Source: Podarcis erhardii
Taxonomy: Eukaryota
Length of the DNA stretch: 64,000 bases
Assembly: GCA_964252035.1 (NCBI GenBank)
Contig: OZ176204.1
Direction: 5' to 3' (one strand)
How positions within the stretch are numbered: position 1 is the first letter of the stretch; each line of letters opens with the position of its first letter. The notes beneath the pieces were generated by a model. That model saw only the letters and a program-made list of their open reading frames with translations. It was not told where the DNA came from and ran no database searches. A program made the translations under genes and the position numbers. This document shows positions 60,424 through 64,000 of this stretch, piece by piece.

Positions 60424-62114
60424 TGAAATATACTCGGAGTCGCAAAGTGATTTCATGCTCTTTATTCAGCTCATAGTGGTGAGGAGGAATGAATGAAAGT
60501 CCCCTCAAAGTATCTGCCTTATATACATTATTTACACAATGGGCTGCACATGATTGGCTAATTCCGGAATTGTACTGTAAACCAATCAGGTTGTGGATTC
60601 ACTTCAATCTGGAGCATGATTGGGTGGTTCCTGCCAACCAATCATACTGCTGCATTGTTCTAGGACCAATCAGACTGCTGCATTCTGAATCCTATTGTTC
60701 TAGGACCAATCAGACTGCTGCCTTTTGGATCCTATTGTTCTAGGACCAATCAGACTGCTGCAGTTTGGATCCTATTTGACTCAGTACATAACACCCCTCC
60801 CCTCTAAGTTCCAGTCCTGCCCGGGAGGTCGCATTCATAGTCCTCAAGGTACGCTGGCGGCCTACGTGTGCGTTGCGGCCTGGGGTGTTCCCTGGTCCGG
60901 GGTTCTGGTTCTGGCTCGTGTTCCAAGGATGCTGGCTGTGATGGGGCTGTTTGGTCTGGCGCAACCGGCTCGCTCAGTCGTGGTTCTGGTTCCGGTGTCC
61001 TTTCGGCCTCCCGGGACCTCTCTGTATTTACTGGTTCTGCCTCTCCTGCTGGCCCCTGCTGCTCTATGGGCCTCACTGCCCCACTGTTCCCCTGGGACTC
61101 CTCTGACCTGTCCTCCTCCTCCTGGTTTTCTCCCGGGAATCGTCGCCGTATCTGGTCACAGTGGCGGCGCCAGCATTGCCCCCCATCCGTTAGCACCTCG
61201 TACGACACGGGGCCAGTGACCCTGGTGACTGTGGCGGGTACCCATGCAGGGCCTGCCCCAAAATTCTTTGCGTACACTGGGTCCTGGGCCTCGAAGGTCC
61301 GGGGGTTCCTGCCTTCCCCCACCCCTACCTCATCCTGAGCTCTATCGGGGTGAAGGCGGTCCAATCTGATTGCAAGGCGCCGACCCATTAGTAGTTCAGC
61401 GGGGCTCCGGCCAGTCGTTGAGCTGGGGGTGCTGTGCTGTGCTAGAAGGAATGTGGCAAGGCGGTACTCCCAATCCCCTTGCGTCATGCGGCGAAGGGTG
61501 TCCTTGGTGGTCCGCACCATGCGTTCTGCTTGGCCATTGGTGGCAGGGTGGAATGGCGCCGAACGGATGTGGCGGATGGCGTTCTGCGCTGTGAAGGTTT
61601 GGAATTCTCCTGACGTAAATGCAGTCCCGTTGTCTGAGACGAGAGTGTCAGGGAGCCCGTGCGTTGCAAACAGCCTGCGTAGTACCCGGATGGCTGCGGA
61701 TGTAGAAGTGGATGGTACCAGTGCGACTTCCAGCCATTTGGTGTAGGAGTCCACCACTATGAAGAATGTTTTCCCCTGAAAGGGGCCAGCGAAGTCCACA
61801 TGCAGGCGTGACCATGGTGCTCGGGCAGACTCCCAGGACTGGACTGGGGCCCTTGGGGGATCTGGGCGGGATTCTTGGCAGGCCTGGCAGTGTTTGACCC
61901 AGGCCTCTATCTCTCCGTCGATCCCCGGCCACCACACATAACTCCTGGCAAGGGCCTTCATTCTTACTACCCCTGGGTGTGTCTCGTGTAGGGCTGTGAG
62001 GACCCTTTTGCGGAGGGGCTGGGGAACAACGACCCTGCTTCCCCATAACAGGCACCCCTTGTGGGCCGACAGTTCATGTTTGCGGGTTGTGTAGCTGGCG
62101 AATTCTGGCCCGGG
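60424..62114 (-). mobile_element. Ty3/Gypsy LTR retrotransposon (Mag-like, K02A2.6-like integrase): 3' LTR and integrase region, cut at 62114 by a second element
   Basis: PPT AGAGGGGAGGGG directly before a 370-bp LTR (60424-60793, TG...CA) carrying TATATAA (60519-60525) and AATAAA (60461-60466) on the minus strand. Confidence 0.9.
60804..62114 (-). CDS. pol C-terminal part (integrase) of the Mag-like Gypsy element, 436 aa open, N-terminally interrupted
   Basis: HHCC finger (HETH...CQAC), LHVDFAGP, SDNG...NGQAE with D(35)E spacing, acidic/Pro tail ending RTRRPPAYLEDY. The frame is open upstream of the ATG given in the track up to the junction. Confidence 0.9.
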   Translation of the reverse strand, partial: PGPEFASYTTRKHELSAHKGCLLWGSRVVVPQPLRKRVLTALHETHPGVVRMKALARSYVWWPGIDGEIEAWVKHCQACQESRPDPPRAPVQSWESARAPWSRLHVDFAGPFQGKTFFIVVDSYTKWLEVALVPSTSTSAAIRVLRRLFATHGLPDTLVSDNGTAFTSGEFQTFTAQNAIRHIRSAPFHPATNGQAERMVRTTKDTLRRMTQGDWEYRLATFLLAQHSTPSSTTGRSPAELLMGRRLAIRLDRLHPDRAQDEVGVGEGRNPRTFEAQDPVYAKNFGAGPAWVPATVTRVTGPVSYEVLTDGGQCWRRHCDQIRRRFPGENQEEEDRSEESQGNSGAVRPIEQQGPAGEAEPVNTERSREAERTPEPEPRLSEPVAPDQTAPSQPASLEHEPEPEPRTREHPRPQRTRRPPAYLEDYECDLPGRTGT

Positions 62115-62791
62115 TGTGCTGGTCCCAGGGGGGATGAGGTACTATTACCGTAGGCCAAGATCAACAGGGAGCCGGGCGGGGTAGCAGGAACGATGGTAGA
62201 GCAGAAGCAGGAAGCCAGGCGAGGAACCGGAACACTGGTAGGGTAGAAGCAGGAGTCCAGGCGGGGAACAGGAACACTGGTAAGGCAGAAGCAGGAGTCC
62301 AGGCGGGGAACAGGAACACTGGTAAGGCAGAAGCAGGAAGCCGGGCGAGGAACAGGCACACTGGGAGTGCCAAACAAGGCCTGGGTAAAGCAGATACTTC
62401 ACAACGACGTTGCTCCCGCAACCTGGGACCGGGCTGCCTGACCTTTATCTTCTTCTAAGGCCGGGGGCGGTCCCGGCCCCCAGAAGCCCCGCCTCTCTTG
62501 GCCTTAAGGCGAGCACTCCTCCTGGGAGACACCAGTTCCCTTCGCCTCTCTGCCCTAAGCCTCTGCAGATCAGGAGAGGCCGAAGGGTTACTGGGCCCCG
62601 GGGGAGGCTCACCTGTAGCCACTGAGTCTTCCAGCACCTCTGGGGCCTGAATGATTTCACCTGGTGCCTGCTCTTGAGTTTCCTCAGCAACTAGGTCTTG
62701 CCCCAGTTCAGCCGGCCCTGGAGGCGGGGACTCCTGCGCCGGCTGGGATTCCTCCGGATCACTCTCAGACTCGGAATCCCAGGCCATCACA
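62115..62791 (-). mobile_element. 3' LTR (677 bp, TGTG...CACA) of a chromoviral Gypsy element
   Basis: Preceded on the minus strand by PPT GGGAGGGGGGA(TGG). The far end coincides with the point where homology to element 1 stops. Contains about 4 copies of a 42-bp repeat (62185-62363). Confidence 0.75.
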
Positions 62792-63999
62792 CCATCCCCC
62801 CTCCCAGGCCCCCCCCTCACTTGAGGGCCCGGACCCGGCTTGCTGGGATACGCTGCATGAAACTCCCGGATGCAGGCAGGTGCGTGGACGTTGACCGCTG
62901 GTTCCCAGGAACGGTCCTCTGGCCCATACCCCTTCCAGTCAATAAGATACTGCAGCCTTCCCCTGCGGTATCGGGAGTCCAGAATGCGTTCCACCTCGTA
63001 CTCAGGCTCTCCCTGTACCAAGACTGGCTGCGGTCGGGGACGGTCCGGGTGGAACTCGTCGGGTGGGGCCACCGGACTCAGAAGGGACCTGTGGAATACC
63101 GGGTGAACCTTCAGGTTTGCTGGCAACCGGAGACGGAATGCCACAGGCGAGACCTGGTCCACGATAGGGAACGGGCCGGTGAACCGGGCGTCCAGCTTCC
63201 GCGAAGGTCGAGAAGGGTGGAGGTGGCGAGTGGAAAGCCATACCAAGTCACCGACGTGAAGTTCTGGCCCCACCTGGCGGTGGCGGTCGGCCTGGACCTT
63301 GTACGCCTCCTTGGCCTGGTGCAGCTGCTCCATCAACAGCTGTTGCTGGGACTGGAGCTCCTGAAGCCACTCTGTCACCGCAGGGACCGTAGATGCCGGC
63401 AGCACATCCGGAAACAACCGTGGATGAAGGCCATAACTGGCTTGGAACGGGGTCTGCTGGGTGGACGCATTCACCGCGTTGTTATAAGCGAACTCCGCCA
63501 ATGCTAGGTGGTCGACCCAGTCGTCCTGCTGGTAGCTGCAGTAACACCGGAGGTACTGTTCCAGTACCGCGTTCGCCCGTTCCGTCTGGCCATCAGTCTG
63601 TGGGTGGTAAGCAGATGAGAGACAGACCTCTGTTCCGAGGGCCTGGTGCAAAGCACGCCAAAACCGGGACGTGAACTGAACGCCGCGGTCGGATACTACA
63701 CGCTCAGGTAGGCCATGCAGGCGGAAGACATGCTGAAGGTACAGCTGCGCGGTTTCCTTAGCTGAGGGTATGGATGGGCAGGGGGCACAGTGCACCATCT
63801 TCGTGAAGTGGTCGGAGAAAACTAGAAGGCAGGTGCAGCCACGAGACGGGGGTAACTCCACTACAAAGTCTAGAGAAACTGTGTGCCAAGGACGTGGTGG
63901 AACCGGCAACGGCTGAAGGAGGCCGGGGGGTCGCCCGGTAGGCCCCTTGGCCCGCCTGCAGACGTCACAACCAGCGACGTAGCGAGCCACGTCAGCCTT
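62455..63999 (-). CDS. pol C-terminal part (integrase, GPY/F motif, chromodomain) of a sushi-like chromovirus; runs off the window edge
   Basis: CDVC zinc-finger half, [12 protein letters not shown]...DGQTE with D(35)E spacing, FTGPF, chromodomain [11 protein letters not shown]...[17 protein letters not shown]. No stops or frameshifts. Confidence 0.95.
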   Translation of the reverse strand, partial: KADVARYVAGCDVCRRAKGPTGRPPGLLQPLPVPPRPWHTVSLDFVVELPPSRGCTCLLVFSDHFTKMVHCAPCPSIPSAKETAQLYLQHVFRLHGLPERVVSDRGVQFTSRFWRALHQALGTEVCLSSAYHPQTDGQTERANAVLEQYLRCYCSYQQDDWVDHLALAEFAYNNAVNASTQQTPFQASYGLHPRLFPDVLPASTVPAVTEWLQELQSQQQLLMEQLHQAKEAYKVQADRHRQVGPELHVGDLVWLSTRHLHPSRPSRKLDARFTGPFPIVDQVSPVAFRLRLPANLKVHPVFHRSLLSPVAPPDEFHPDRPRPQPVLVQGEPEYEVERILDSRYRRGRLQYLIDWKGYGPEDRSWEPAVNVHAPACIREFHAAYPSKPGPGPQVRGGPGRGDGVMAWDSESESDPEESQPAQESPPPGPAELGQDLVAEETQEQAPGEIIQAPEVLEDSVATGEPPPGPSNPSASPDLQRLRAERRRELVSPRRSARLKAKRGGASGGRDRPRP

Positions 64000-64000
64000 T

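Noticed and set aside
60654-62363. 40-bp and 42-bp periodic repeats resembling a CRISPR array
   Set aside because: Head-to-tail units with no unique spacers, inside LTRs, in a vertebrate genome with no cas genes.
62698-63507. 269-aa plus-strand ORF
   Set aside because: Antisense shadow of the GC-rich chromovirus pol; no independent evidence.

Overview
Vertebrate genomic DNA, most likely a lacertid lizard (inferred from Sauria SINEs and squamate-type SINE, CR1 and MITE families; the genus cannot be fixed from sequence). It carries three complete coding regions in the order known from human 10q24: ZDHHC16 (+, 10 coding exons, 375 aa), MMS19 (-, 31 exons, 1020 aa) and UBTD1 (+, 3 exons, 227 aa). 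I traced all exons by hand with GT-AG boundaries and a continuous frame. Introns are dense in SINEs, CR1/L2/L1 fragments, Tc1/pogo and hAT MITEs and Penelope-like fragments. There is a 158-nt N gap. The last 3.6 kb is a nested pair of Ty3/Gypsy LTR retrotransposons on the minus strand: a chromovirus with an intact integrase and chromodomain sits inside the pol gene of a Mag-like element. The host genes are ordinary and I cannot establish a new biological system. The best leads are: (1) the chromovirus pol ORF runs through its polypurine tract and 111 codons into the LTR, ending in an acidic tail with an HMGN-like RRSARL motif; (2) a minor-spliceosome (U12) intron sits just after the DHHC catalytic motif of ZDHHC16, with a decoy acceptor that would create a stop; (3) several near-perfect fold-back structures. 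Repeat-family names come from recalled resemblance, not database searches.
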